Sequence record: DRR723986_6702 | Direction: 5' to 3' (one strand) | Length of the DNA: 44,120 nucleotides | Shown: positions 28,336-37,167 of the stretch, in pieces | How positions within the stretch are numbered: the first letter of the stretch is position 1 | Layout of the letters: each line of letters opens with the position of its first letter | Made by a program: the position numbers and the translations under genes | The notes under the pieces: generated by a model | What the model was told of the DNA's origin: nothing | Seen by the model: only the letters and a program-made list of their open reading frames with translations | The model's database searches: none

Positions 28336-29682
28336 TTAATGAAAAAGTTTTTCTAGCGCATTCTTAGCTTCAGGTAAAGCCAATACAATTGCTTTATCAT
28401 TCAAATCCAATTGAAAGTCCCCATCCGGAATAAAGACTTCTTCTCCCCGGATTACACCAGCGACAATAGCCGAATCGGGGAAGTGTAACTCTCTTAGTGG
28501 ATTTTTTATTAATCGGTTATTCTTACAAACGGAGTATTGGATAAACTCTGCATCAACTCCATAAATCCCTGAAACAGCCTCAACAGTGCCTTTTTTCAAA
28601 AATCTTGATATCTCATTCGCAGCAACCAGTTTCTTATTAATCAGTGAATCTACACCAATACTATGCGAAATATGAATATACTCTCGGGTATCTACGTGGG
28701 CGATAGTCTTGTAAACCCCGTGATTTTTGGCAGTCAAACTCGCAATAATATTCGTCTCTGAAGATTCGGTCAATGCAAGGAAAGCATCCATCTGCTCTAA
28801 TCCCTCTTCAATTAGTAATTCTACATTTTTATAATCTCCATTGATTACCAGAGAGTTCCTTAGATTCTCAGCAAGCCATTTACAACGTTCTTTATCTTTA
28901 TTGATAAGCGTAACGCGGAAATGATCTTCCAGTCTCAGGGCTGTAGTCAAAGCCATATCATCTCCACCGATAATCATCACATTCTTGATGGTATGCTTTT
29001 CCTGACCAAGAACCTCCATAATAGTCTGTGTATTCTTTTTCGTCGAAATAAAGAATACATGGTCATTATTTCTGATTATCGTACTGCCACGAGGTATGAT
29101 AGTTTTCTGATCTCTCAGAACTGCGATGATTCGGATGTCTTCAAAAATCGGATTGGATTTGGTATCCATGATCCGCTGGTTGACCAAAGGATTACTTTGA
29201 TCTAGCGTAATTCCTACAATATTGAGCTTTCCACCTTCGAAATCGAAAACTTCCGTAAAGCTGGAATTCTCGATCATATTGAAGATATGCTTGCTACAAA
29301 GCATGGTAGGCGAGATCAGATTGTCAATGCCTAAATTTTTAAAATAGGCTAAATTATCAGACTCCATATAGGAGTGATTTCTCACTCTAGCCATCACGCG
29401 TTTTGCACCAAGCTGCTTTGCAAGGACAGCAGTTACGATATTCGTTTTCTCAGAAGTGGTCACAGCCAAAACCATACTGGCTCTGTTCACATTGGCACGT
29501 TTGAGAATTTCAAATGAGGTAGCATCGCCTTGAACTGTCAATACGTCAAGTTTGGAAGACACATAATCCAGAACTTCTCTGTCTGTATCGATCAGCGTAA
29601 TGTCCTTATTATCAAAACTTAATTGCTCAGCGAGGTGGTAACCCATATCTCCAGCACCGGCAATCACTATATTCATCCCCAT
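28336..29682 (-). CDS. trkA: Trk potassium transport regulatory subunit (two RCK units)
   Basis: IVIAGAGDMG, GDAT, second unit VMIIGGDDMA; adjacent to trkH. Confidence 0.95.
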   Translation of the reverse strand: MGMNIVIAGAGDMGYHLAEQLSFDNKDITLIDTDREVLDYVSSKLDVLTVQGDATSFEILKRANVNRASMVLAVTTSEKTNIVTAVLAKQLGAKRVMARVRNHSYMESDNLAYFKNLGIDNLISPTMLCSKHIFNMIENSSFTEVFDFEGGKLNIVGITLDQSNPLVNQRIMDTKSNPIFEDIRIIAVLRDQKTIIPRGSTIIRNNDHVFFISTKKNTQTIMEVLGQEKHTIKNVMIIGGDDMALTTALRLEDHFRVTLINKDKERCKWLAENLRNSLVINGDYKNVELLIEEGLEQMDAFLALTESSETNIIASLTAKNHGVYKTIAHVDTREYIHISHSIGVDSLINKKLVAANEISRFLKKGTVEAVSGIYGVDAEFIQYSVCKNNRLIKNPLRELHFPDSAIVAGVIRGEEVFIPDGDFQLDLNDKAIVLALPEAKNALEKLFH

Positions 29683-29711
29683 AGAGGTAATTCAGGTGAT
29701 TTTTGAATTGG

Positions 29712-29719
29712 CAAAAATA
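29712..29719 (-). promoter_or_regulatory. Bacteroidota -7 promoter element for trkAH
   Basis: Reverse complement is TATTTTTG (TAnnTTTG), about 30 nt upstream of the trkA start. Confidence 0.5.
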
Positions 29720-29846
29720 ATAGCTTTCTAAATGGTAATCAGTTATTAAGCAATTTCTTTTCGGTCTTGTAGGTCAAAGTAACAAACCTAAAATCTAAAA
29801 ACTCAGTATTTAGCCAGTTTTTTCAAGCCTCAATTATACTAAAACT

Positions 29847-31091
29847 TCAGTCCTCAAGTAGTTTATTACTTTCCGCTTCTGGCAATTCCTGAATGTCCTT
29901 TAACTTCCGCTGAATCACTCTTGTTCTAGCACCTACTAGTTTGTCCAACTCAGAGTTTGCCTCAGAGAGCTTTTTTTGAGTCTTTTCAATCAGCTCACCA
30001 AATTTGCCAAACTCAGTTTTAATCGCTCCCAAAACCTGCCAAACCTCAGAACTTCTCTTTTGAATTGCCAAAGTCCTAAAGCCCATCTGAAGACTATTCA
30101 AGATGGCTGAAAGTGTAGTCGGGCCGGTCACAAGTACTTTGTAATCTTGTTGGATCTGCTGAGTGAGTCCTGGTTCACGTAGGATTTCTGCGTAGAGACT
30201 TTCTACTGGGAGAAACAGGATTGCAAAATCCGTCGTGTATGGTGGATGAATATATTTGTTCTGAATATCGAGTGCTGCTTTTTTCACTGCTTTGAAAAGC
30301 TCATTTCGGTTCAATTCGATCTCAGGCTTTGAAGCAAGTTCATAAGCATCTACTAGCCTCAAATAGGATTCCTGAGGGAATTTAGAATCAATCGGCAATA
30401 ATACCGGATCATTTTGACCTGGCATTTTCACAGCAAATTCCACTCGCTCCCGATTCCCTTTTCCTACCTCGGCATTCAATACATACTGCTCCGCAGAAAG
30501 CAAATTCTCCAAAATCGCCTGCAATTGATATTCACCTAAGACTCCCCTGCTTTTCACATTGGTCAAAACACGCTTCAAATCACCGACCCCAGAAGCAAGG
30601 CTCTGCATTTCGCCTAGCCCTTTTTGCACAGCCTGAAGTTGGTTGCTGACCATTTCAAAGGATTGCCCAAGGCGTGTTTCCAGCGTCTTCTGGAGCTTTT
30701 CATCCACAGTTTCCCGGATCTTCTCCAACCTCAACTCTGTGGTTTTCATCAAGTCTTCCTGTCGCCTATTCAATTCGGAAAACTTCTCCCGCTGCAGTGT
30801 ATTGAATTCCTGGACATTTTGACGAAAAACCTCACCAAATGATTTCAAAGCCTCATTTTGATCTTTGGAATTTGCCCGAATACTGTTAAAAACCAACTGA
30901 AACTGATTTGTCAGATTCTCACTAGCTTCACGTCTGGATTGAGCCAAGGCCACTTCCAGCTCTCTACTCATTCTAGCAAGTTCTGATTGCAAAAAAGATT
31001 TTTCCTGCTCATTATTCTTTCTCAGAAAAAACAGAAGCATAAAAATCACTTGAAGAATGATTACTAGAATAATCAAATACTCAATCGGCAT
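29847..31091 (-). CDS. rmuC: DNA recombination protein RmuC
   Basis: N-terminal TM anchor, coiled coil, KSRGVLGE, LPIDSKFP, KYIHPPYTTDFAILFLP.E.LY, GPTTL.A.L. Confidence 0.93.
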   Translation of the reverse strand: MPIEYLIILVIILQVIFMLLFFLRKNNEQEKSFLQSELARMSRELEVALAQSRREASENLTNQFQLVFNSIRANSKDQNEALKSFGEVFRQNVQEFNTLQREKFSELNRRQEDLMKTTELRLEKIRETVDEKLQKTLETRLGQSFEMVSNQLQAVQKGLGEMQSLASGVGDLKRVLTNVKSRGVLGEYQLQAILENLLSAEQYVLNAEVGKGNRERVEFAVKMPGQNDPVLLPIDSKFPQESYLRLVDAYELASKPEIELNRNELFKAVKKAALDIQNKYIHPPYTTDFAILFLPVESLYAEILREPGLTQQIQQDYKVLVTGPTTLSAILNSLQMGFRTLAIQKRSSEVWQVLGAIKTEFGKFGELIEKTQKKLSEANSELDKLVGARTRVIQRKLKDIQELPEAESNKLLED

Positions 31092-32091
31092 AAGTCATCA
31101 GTTTGGGTTCCTGAAAGTAGTCCTTTCGTACCTCCACCCCTAAAAATGAGAGATATTTAGCGACAGATTCCGTCGGTATTTCTTCCATAGGCACATGCCC
31201 GGCATTATCAAAAACAACTAATTTGGACCCGGAAATAGTTTTCTCTAAAGTATATCCCTGAGCGACAGGAATCCATGAATCTTCATTTCCCCACATGATC
31301 ATAGTAGGCATATCTATACGATCAAAGTCTATTCGTGATTCCCGGGGCGATCCTAGTCTATCCAAAGTTGCCCTCCTATTCCCTTCTCGTAGCATCAATT
31401 CATAATATCGGGTAATTGCCTCATCGGTGACCTTCTTTGGATCAGCATAAACCTGTTTCATATTCATTCCAAAAAGAAACTTCGGTGTGCATTTCAAAAG
31501 TATGGATGATAGAATTGGATTCTTTGCCAGTTTAAAAATCCAAGGATCACTTTTCTTTGACTCATTCAAAGTTAAATCCACATTAGTTGAGGAAGGAGCG
31601 CCTGATGCATCAATTAGGTTTAAAGAGAGAATTTTATCCGGCCTAGTGGAAGCTACTTGCATAGCTACAGCTCCCCCCATCGAATTACCCGCCAAATGAA
31701 ATTTATCTAGATTCAGCTTTTCGGATAATTCTAAAACTAAAAGAGAGTAATCAGTCAAACTATACCGCTTCAACTCATCGGGACCTGTAAGTCCATGACC
31801 TGGGAAATCTATTGAGATTGTCAGAAAATAAGGACTTAGCTCCTGCTGCCAAGCATCCCAAGTATGAAGGGAAGAAAAACTTCCGTGAAGAAGAATTATA
31901 GGATCACCTTCTCCCATAATCCGCACATGGACATTCATTCCATCTATTGAAATAAAATGAGATTGTGGGGTTGAGTATTTCTGCTCGATCTCCTCTGCCG
32001 GAATATCATTTCTAAAAAGTAAAATCAAAAAGAAAACAAACGATAAAACAATAACCGTCAATACTTTCAAAATTCGTTTGATCCAAACCAT
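31081..32091 (-). CDS. Alpha/beta-fold hydrolase, membrane-anchored
   Basis: LLHGS, DFPGHG, GNSMGG nucleophile elbow, WGNEDSWI, AGHVPMEE. Confidence 0.92.
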   Translation of the reverse strand: MVWIKRILKVLTVIVLSFVFFLILLFRNDIPAEEIEQKYSTPQSHFISIDGMNVHVRIMGEGDPIILLHGSFSSLHTWDAWQQELSPYFLTISIDFPGHGLTGPDELKRYSLTDYSLLVLELSEKLNLDKFHLAGNSMGGAVAMQVASTRPDKILSLNLIDASGAPSSTNVDLTLNESKKSDPWIFKLAKNPILSSILLKCTPKFLFGMNMKQVYADPKKVTDEAITRYYELMLREGNRRATLDRLGSPRESRIDFDRIDMPTMIMWGNEDSWIPVAQGYTLEKTISGSKLVVFDNAGHVPMEEIPTESVAKYLSFLGVEVRKDYFQEPKLMTYAD

Positions 32092-32185
32092 AAATTCGGC
32101 TTTTTTGAGTTTGTTTTAAATCCCCTGAGTTTTCAAAAAGTACAAAAACTATCCTATACTCTGGCCTAGCCATTAAAGATAAACA

Positions 32186-33415
32186 TTGAGTATTAAATCA
32201 TTCTTCAAAAATCTAGGGCCCGGTCCCATTATCGCCGCAGCTTTCATTGGTCCGGGAACGGTTACCGTGTGTACGCTAGCTGGTGTGAATTTTGGTTTTA
32301 CCTTGCTTTGGGCATTGGGTTTATCCATTTTCTCTACAGTGATTTTGCAGGAAATTTCAGGTAGACTAGGACTAGTTACCGGTCAGGATCTTAGCCAATT
32401 GATCCGTAATCAGCCAGGAAAACCTCTTTTTAGAATTTTCTCTTCCATCCTCGTATTGACTGCAATCGGTCTGGGAAATGCCGCTTATGAATCGGGAAAT
32501 ATATCTGGAACAAACTTAGGCCTGCAGGTTTTCTGGGACGCACCGGTTCTAAATTTTTCAAGTTTTGAAGTGCAAACCGGGAATCTCATTTTAGGTCTTG
32601 TAGCATTCATAGTATTATGGCTAGGAAGTTATAAAGCGCTGGAGCGAGTCTTGGTAGGATTAGTAATATTCATGTCCGTCGCTTTTTCCGTTACGGCCAT
32701 ACTCACAAATCCCGATTGGTCAGCTGTTTTTGCAGGATTTGTCCCAAACTGGAATGATGATAGTCTTCCTACGCTGGTTGCTTTGATCGGGACAACTGTT
32801 GTTCCCTACAACCTTTTTCTTTATGCCAGTTTAGCTAAAAACCGCTGGTCAGGATCTAATGACATTTCTTGGATGCGAAGAGATATTGTTATCTCTATTG
32901 TATTGGGCGGACTTGTTTCCATGGCTATTCTAATGGTAGGAGCTGCGAATTCAAGCAGCGAAATATCCAGCGCAATTGATGTTTCCAAAGGTATGGAAGG
33001 GGTCTTCGGTAGCTTTGCAAAGTATCTTATGGGCTTTGGATTGATGGCAGCAGGATTGACTTCCAGCATCACTGCTCCACTAGCGGCGGGATTGGTGATA
33101 TGCGGGATAATGGGCTGGAGTCAGGAAATCCGTTCAAGCTCTATGCGAGCTTCTATGGGAATAATAGTCGGATTGGGCTTACTATTTGCCTCTTTAGGAA
33201 TCAAACCTGTGCAATTAATCACACTTGCTCAATTGGCAAATGGAGTTCTTCTTCCTCTCATCAGTGGATGGATTATTTGGATTGCTTCGCAAAAAGAAAT
33301 TCTTGGCAACTTCCGAAATAAACCTGGGCACACCATCCTAGCGGGTTTAATTTGGTTGATCACTTTAGCTCTTGGTATAAAAAGTATTATGGCGGTATTG
33401 GGGGTTAGTCTTTAG
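32186..33415 (+). CDS. Nramp-related (YcsG-like) transporter
   Basis: About 11 TM helices; LGPGPIIAAAFIGPGTVT, ILQEIS.RLG.VTG, GTTVVPYNLFL. Confidence 0.82.
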   Translation: MSIKSFFKNLGPGPIIAAAFIGPGTVTVCTLAGVNFGFTLLWALGLSIFSTVILQEISGRLGLVTGQDLSQLIRNQPGKPLFRIFSSILVLTAIGLGNAAYESGNISGTNLGLQVFWDAPVLNFSSFEVQTGNLILGLVAFIVLWLGSYKALERVLVGLVIFMSVAFSVTAILTNPDWSAVFAGFVPNWNDDSLPTLVALIGTTVVPYNLFLYASLAKNRWSGSNDISWMRRDIVISIVLGGLVSMAILMVGAANSSSEISSAIDVSKGMEGVFGSFAKYLMGFGLMAAGLTSSITAPLAAGLVICGIMGWSQEIRSSSMRASMGIIVGLGLLFASLGIKPVQLITLAQLANGVLLPLISGWIIWIASQKEILGNFRNKPGHTILAGLIWLITLALGIKSIMAVLGVSL

Positions 33416-33602
33416 ATACACTCCTTCAACTTTTTCATTGCAATTCCTTATATACCTCTCATTTTATCTTCCGCATTTTCCAACCAATTAGTCGTCAACA
33501 CTATCCCAGTTTTAATACTAGGTGCATTTTCTGCCAATTTTTAATTTGGAAATGGCTCAAATCAATAATATCACTGGTTCTATTATTTCCATAGAAAATC
33601 TG

Positions 33603-33624
33603 AATACCCCAACTTCGGGATATT
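33603..33624. promoter_or_regulatory. Imperfect inverted repeat, possible operator upstream of the 33663 operon
   Basis: AATACCCC-N6-GGGATATT (8-bp arms, 1 mismatch) about 38 nt before the ATG, in an AT-rich spacer. Confidence 0.35.
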
Positions 33625-33662
33625 ATTTAACATCAATTTTTATATTCTAAACTTTTATCAAA

Positions 33663-35702
33663 ATGGGAAATCTTAATGATACTCAATTACAAAAATTACA
33701 GGCAAGTAGAAGCCTAAAAGCAAAGTTCCAGACTATGCAAGTCATGCATGTCGATAGAAAAAACCTCGCACAAGTCTTGAAAGGTAGTGAGGGAAAAAGT
33801 AGTACAGATCTAGACCTAACCTCCAAAGCCATTCTGCTAAGAAGTCAGCAAGGTGATTTTGAAGAGGCTTTTGAATTGGCATCATGGTCATCAAAAGCAA
33901 AACCAGAGTCCAGAAAAGTGGTAGTGAAGAGTTTTTTAAAAAATAAACAAGCACCACTTCTAGTTCATCAGATAGCTCGTTTGAAAAGATCCGAAGCTGG
34001 AGATATGATGAAGGATTACTTCGGAGAAGGTGGGGACATCAAAGATGTAGCAGAATGGATGAGTGCTGCAGGCAAAATCCTGAAAACTGGAGTTGTACCG
34101 GACGAAACAGATGGACTTTGGGGCTGGATCAAGGATACAGCTAGTAATGTAGTAGATGCGGTAGTGGGAGCAATAAATACTGTAGCAGATGCAATTGCTG
34201 CAGCTGGCAGAAATCTGGCAGATGCAGTCGCCAAAGTGGTCAATTGGACACAAGCAAAAATAGATGACTTTGTAGAGGCGGTACTAGCTGCAGGAAAATC
34301 TATTTCACAGTTATTATCCGAAGCGGTGAAAAAGGGAATTTCAGCGGTGAAAAAGTTTGTACAGGCAATTTTAGAAGCTGGTAAAAAGGCCTTGGACATT
34401 ATTAACTGGGCAATCAATCAAGCAACAAGTATTTTGAAAGAGGTTCTTAAAAAGCTAGAAGAACTTCTTGGATCATTCACTTCACTCCTGATTGAAATTG
34501 CAAAAATGGCGGCATCTAGCCTAAACGCAATTGTACGAGCGCTAGTTAGTGCTGGAAAAAGAGTCATAGACTTCATTTCAAGATTAAATCGATTTGCTCT
34601 TGATTTCGGTAAAAGATTGGTTCAGGAGCTGAAAAGAGTTGGGAAAACGGTTCGGGAAATAATGCAGGCAGTGATCAATCAAACGCGGTTAATCGCTAGA
34701 GTAGTCATAGAGGCACTGAAAGATTTGGGTACTACAGTGTTCAGTATGCTAAAAGAAGTGATTACTCGTACTGCTCAGCAATTGTCAGTAATTATTGGAG
34801 CAATGAAAGATTTAGCTATTTCTCTAAGCTCAATAATCAATGACATTGCAAGATTTGTGGCAGCAGAGGCAAGAAAACTCATGCAAGCATTACGAATCAT
34901 TTGGACTAGAATGAAGGAAATTCTTGAAGTCATTGCCCAAAAATCAGTATCTGTAATTCGCACGTTGATTACAGCGATTGTAGGCACAGTAAATCATTGG
35001 CGAGAAGTGTTTAAGGAAATTATCACCAATGTAAGAGATGCTTTTAGAGAAGGGTTAATCAAAGGCTTAATCGAAATTGGTAAATCTGCCGTGACCTTGA
35101 TGATCGAAGCAACCAAACTAGGAGCAAGTATTGCTGCAGTTACTTTTGCTATTTTGATGGATATTTTTGGATCACACCGGGGCCTCAATGCAAGTGAAAG
35201 AGCTGAGGCTGAAAAAGTTTTTGGGGTTTCAATTGACTTAGATCGCGTGAAATTAACCGACGCTAGCCTTGCGGCTGATTTGATTATGTGGATGAATAAA
35301 AACCGCCCATTCACCACGATGTATGTAATCAACCATAAGTCAGGTGCTACTTTATCCATGGCAACCCTAATTCATGAACTTACTCACGTATGGCAGGCAG
35401 TTACTTCGGGTGGCGTTTATATGATTGAAGCCTTGCATTCTCAGTTCTTTGGAAAAGCGTACAACCTCTCAGAAGATGACTTGAAAAAGGCTAATGGTAA
35501 GCTGCTGAACTTAGAAAGAGAGCAACAGGCAGTTTTGGTCGAGGAATTCTGGAAAGCAGAATTTGACGGGCAAAGAACCAAAATTCCAGTTGACCTTCTT
35601 CGTCCTTATGCTAAGCAAGTCCACAAATCACGATTTGTAATCAACCGATTTGCTTTAAAGGATTTGCAACTTAGCAGCAACCTTGTTTTCATAAATAAAT
35701 AA
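33663..35702 (+). CDS. Helical-repeat protein with C-terminal DUF4157/eCIS-core-like HExxH metallopeptidase domain
   Basis: No signal peptide. About 11 tandem 29-aa repeats (aa 177-496), then R.L..SE...A..VFG.SIDLDRVKL, LIHELTHVWQ (H571-H575) and EREQQA (E620). Confidence 0.8.
   Translation: MGNLNDTQLQKLQASRSLKAKFQTMQVMHVDRKNLAQVLKGSEGKSSTDLDLTSKAILLRSQQGDFEEAFELASWSSKAKPESRKVVVKSFLKNKQAPLLVHQIARLKRSEAGDMMKDYFGEGGDIKDVAEWMSAAGKILKTGVVPDETDGLWGWIKDTASNVVDAVVGAINTVADAIAAAGRNLADAVAKVVNWTQAKIDDFVEAVLAAGKSISQLLSEAVKKGISAVKKFVQAILEAGKKALDIINWAINQATSILKEVLKKLEELLGSFTSLLIEIAKMAASSLNAIVRALVSAGKRVIDFISRLNRFALDFGKRLVQELKRVGKTVREIMQAVINQTRLIARVVIEALKDLGTTVFSMLKEVITRTAQQLSVIIGAMKDLAISLSSIINDIARFVAAEARKLMQALRIIWTRMKEILEVIAQKSVSVIRTLITAIVGTVNHWREVFKEIITNVRDAFREGLIKGLIEIGKSAVTLMIEATKLGASIAAVTFAILMDIFGSHRGLNASERAEAEKVFGVSIDLDRVKLTDASLAADLIMWMNKNRPFTTMYVINHKSGATLSMATLIHELTHVWQAVTSGGVYMIEALHSQFFGKAYNLSEDDLKKANGKLLNLEREQQAVLVEEFWKAEFDGQRTKIPVDLLRPYAKQVHKSRFVINRFALKDLQLSSNLVFINK
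34191..35150 (+). repeat. Protein-level tandem repeat, 29-aa (87-nt) period, about 11 units
   Basis: Units begin AIAAAGR, AVLAAGK, AILEAGK, KLEELLG, ALVSAGK, ELKRVGK, ALKDLGT, AMKDLAI, ALRIIWT, AIVGTVN and GLIEIGK, spaced 29 aa apart (one spacing is 30). Confidence 0.8.
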
Positions 35703-35710
35703 TTTTTTAA

Positions 35711-36610
35711 GTGAATAAAGCGATTGTAATACCAGAATCATGGTCTTTACCAGCTGGATTTTTAGTAGCGAGGTTGAATAAATTTCAACCTCGCTTTTTC
35801 ACCATTTCCATTCCTGATGTTCTTTACTTAGACTCTGAGAAATTTTTAAATCGGCTATATGCGGCGGTAGACCAGCATGCCGCACATTCAACATTAGTAG
35901 TGTTGCCACATTCCTGGGCTGAGGTTAATAAAATACAAGATTGGCCACCTATACTATGTAATGAGAAATTTCGTCCTGTGGTAAATTCAATCTTTTTCGC
36001 AGATGAATGGAAGGAATTAGAGGCTACATTATTGGACTTTCTATGTTATAAAACTGAGGCATCTCCTAAAACACATTTGACTTGTCAATACCAACAGCCC
36101 TATACTAATATGCTGAATCTTTGGTCAGAAGCGGGAGCGGAAGATTTTCATCCAGGCGATTTTTACAAATCCGAGATATTATCTGCAATCTCCACTATGA
36201 CTGGTAATTGGGTTTATTGGGGCCATGGAGAGGCAAATCTACTAAGAGGTTATGGCCATTTGGGGAAAGAAGAGTTGCTCGCTCATATTCCGAAAAAACC
36301 ACTTAATGCGACACTTTGGTTTACCTGTTCTACACTAGATTATTATGGTAGTGAGAATATCGCTCTAAGTTGGTACCGCAGTGGAGCCACTAAATGTCTT
36401 TTAGCAAGTCCTAATAAAATAAATACAGAAGCGAACCAGATCCTATCAGCAGCATGGCTAGCAGCTTCCAAAGATCCACCGATCGCTAGTATTGCTGGTA
36501 TAGTTTTAAAACTCATAAAAGAGGAATCAAAAGAAATAACTGATGTAATCAGGAATTACTATCTTCTAGGCAATCCTTGGGTACTTGCAGGCATAGGAAA
36601 TCAGAAATAA
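35711..36610 (+). CDS. Stand-alone clan CD cysteine protease-like protein (CHAT/caspase/gingipain C25 fold)
   Basis: WVYWGHG (His172), TLWFTCST (Cys206), IALSWYRSGA..LLAS, C-terminal YYLLGNP; GTG start 8 nt after the upstream stop. Confidence 0.7.
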   Translation: MNKAIVIPESWSLPAGFLVARLNKFQPRFFTISIPDVLYLDSEKFLNRLYAAVDQHAAHSTLVVLPHSWAEVNKIQDWPPILCNEKFRPVVNSIFFADEWKELEATLLDFLCYKTEASPKTHLTCQYQQPYTNMLNLWSEAGAEDFHPGDFYKSEILSAISTMTGNWVYWGHGEANLLRGYGHLGKEELLAHIPKKPLNATLWFTCSTLDYYGSENIALSWYRSGATKCLLASPNKINTEANQILSAAWLAASKDPPIASIAGIVLKLIKEESKEITDVIRNYYLLGNPWVLAGIGNQK

Positions 36611-36627
36611 CCAGGCTTTGAGTTTGA

Positions 36628-37167
36628 TTATCGATTCCATTCACTATCCAGCACACTGTAGTAAATAGTATCTCTACGTCTACCATGGGTAAGTAAAGTA
36701 TGGCTTCTGAGCACGCCCTCCTCTACCGCTCCAAATTTCAGCAACGCTTTGCGGGCAGGCATGTTGAGCACATCAGTTTTGATTTCAACACGCTTAAGTT
36801 TTAGAGTTTCAAAGCAATATTCCAACATCAAAAGTTTCATTGCTTGATTGATACCAGTACCATGGAAATCTCTACCTAGCCAAGTCCAACCAATTTCTAT
36901 CCTTTGGTCTCTTTCAGAAAAATTCCCAAAAGCGGTGCTTCCCACAGCTTGGTTGAGTTGCTTATCCCAAACCAAAAATTGCAGGCGACTTCCTGCTAAA
37001 GCAGGCTTCGCCCATTCTTCGAACTCCTCAGGAATGCTAAGGTCATATGTGAAATAAGTCCAAAGACTTGGATCATTTGCCAAAGGCATCAAAACAGGAA
37101 AATCCTGCCTATTCATAGGTCTGAGCAGGATTTTATCATTTTCCAAAACTAAATTCTGATTGAGCAT
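36628..37167 (-). CDS. GNAT N-acetyltransferase (RimJ/RimL-like)
   Basis: IEIGWTWLG..FHGTGIN...K.LML.YCFE, RVEIKTD..N..ARKA..KFGA..EG.LR.H, RRDT.YYS. Confidence 0.92.
   Translation of the reverse strand: MLNQNLVLENDKILLRPMNRQDFPVLMPLANDPSLWTYFTYDLSIPEEFEEWAKPALAGSRLQFLVWDKQLNQAVGSTAFGNFSERDQRIEIGWTWLGRDFHGTGINQAMKLLMLEYCFETLKLKRVEIKTDVLNMPARKALLKFGAVEEGVLRSHTLLTHGRRRDTIYYSVLDSEWNR

Noticed and set aside
19199-31091. DNA-repair or defence island (exonuclease/GIY-YIG, Lhr, RmuC)
   Set aside because: The genes are non-adjacent, in different orientations and interleaved with unrelated transport genes; all are common in Bacteroidota chromosomes.
33742-35359. Antisense ORFs within the repeat protein gene
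   Set aside because: They overlap the sense gene on the opposite strand and show no independent protein features.
33663-35702. Prophage tape-measure protein
   Set aside because: The Ala/Ile-rich helical composition is similar, but there are no phage genes nearby, it ends in an HExxH domain, and it shows a 29-aa Gly-punctuated period.
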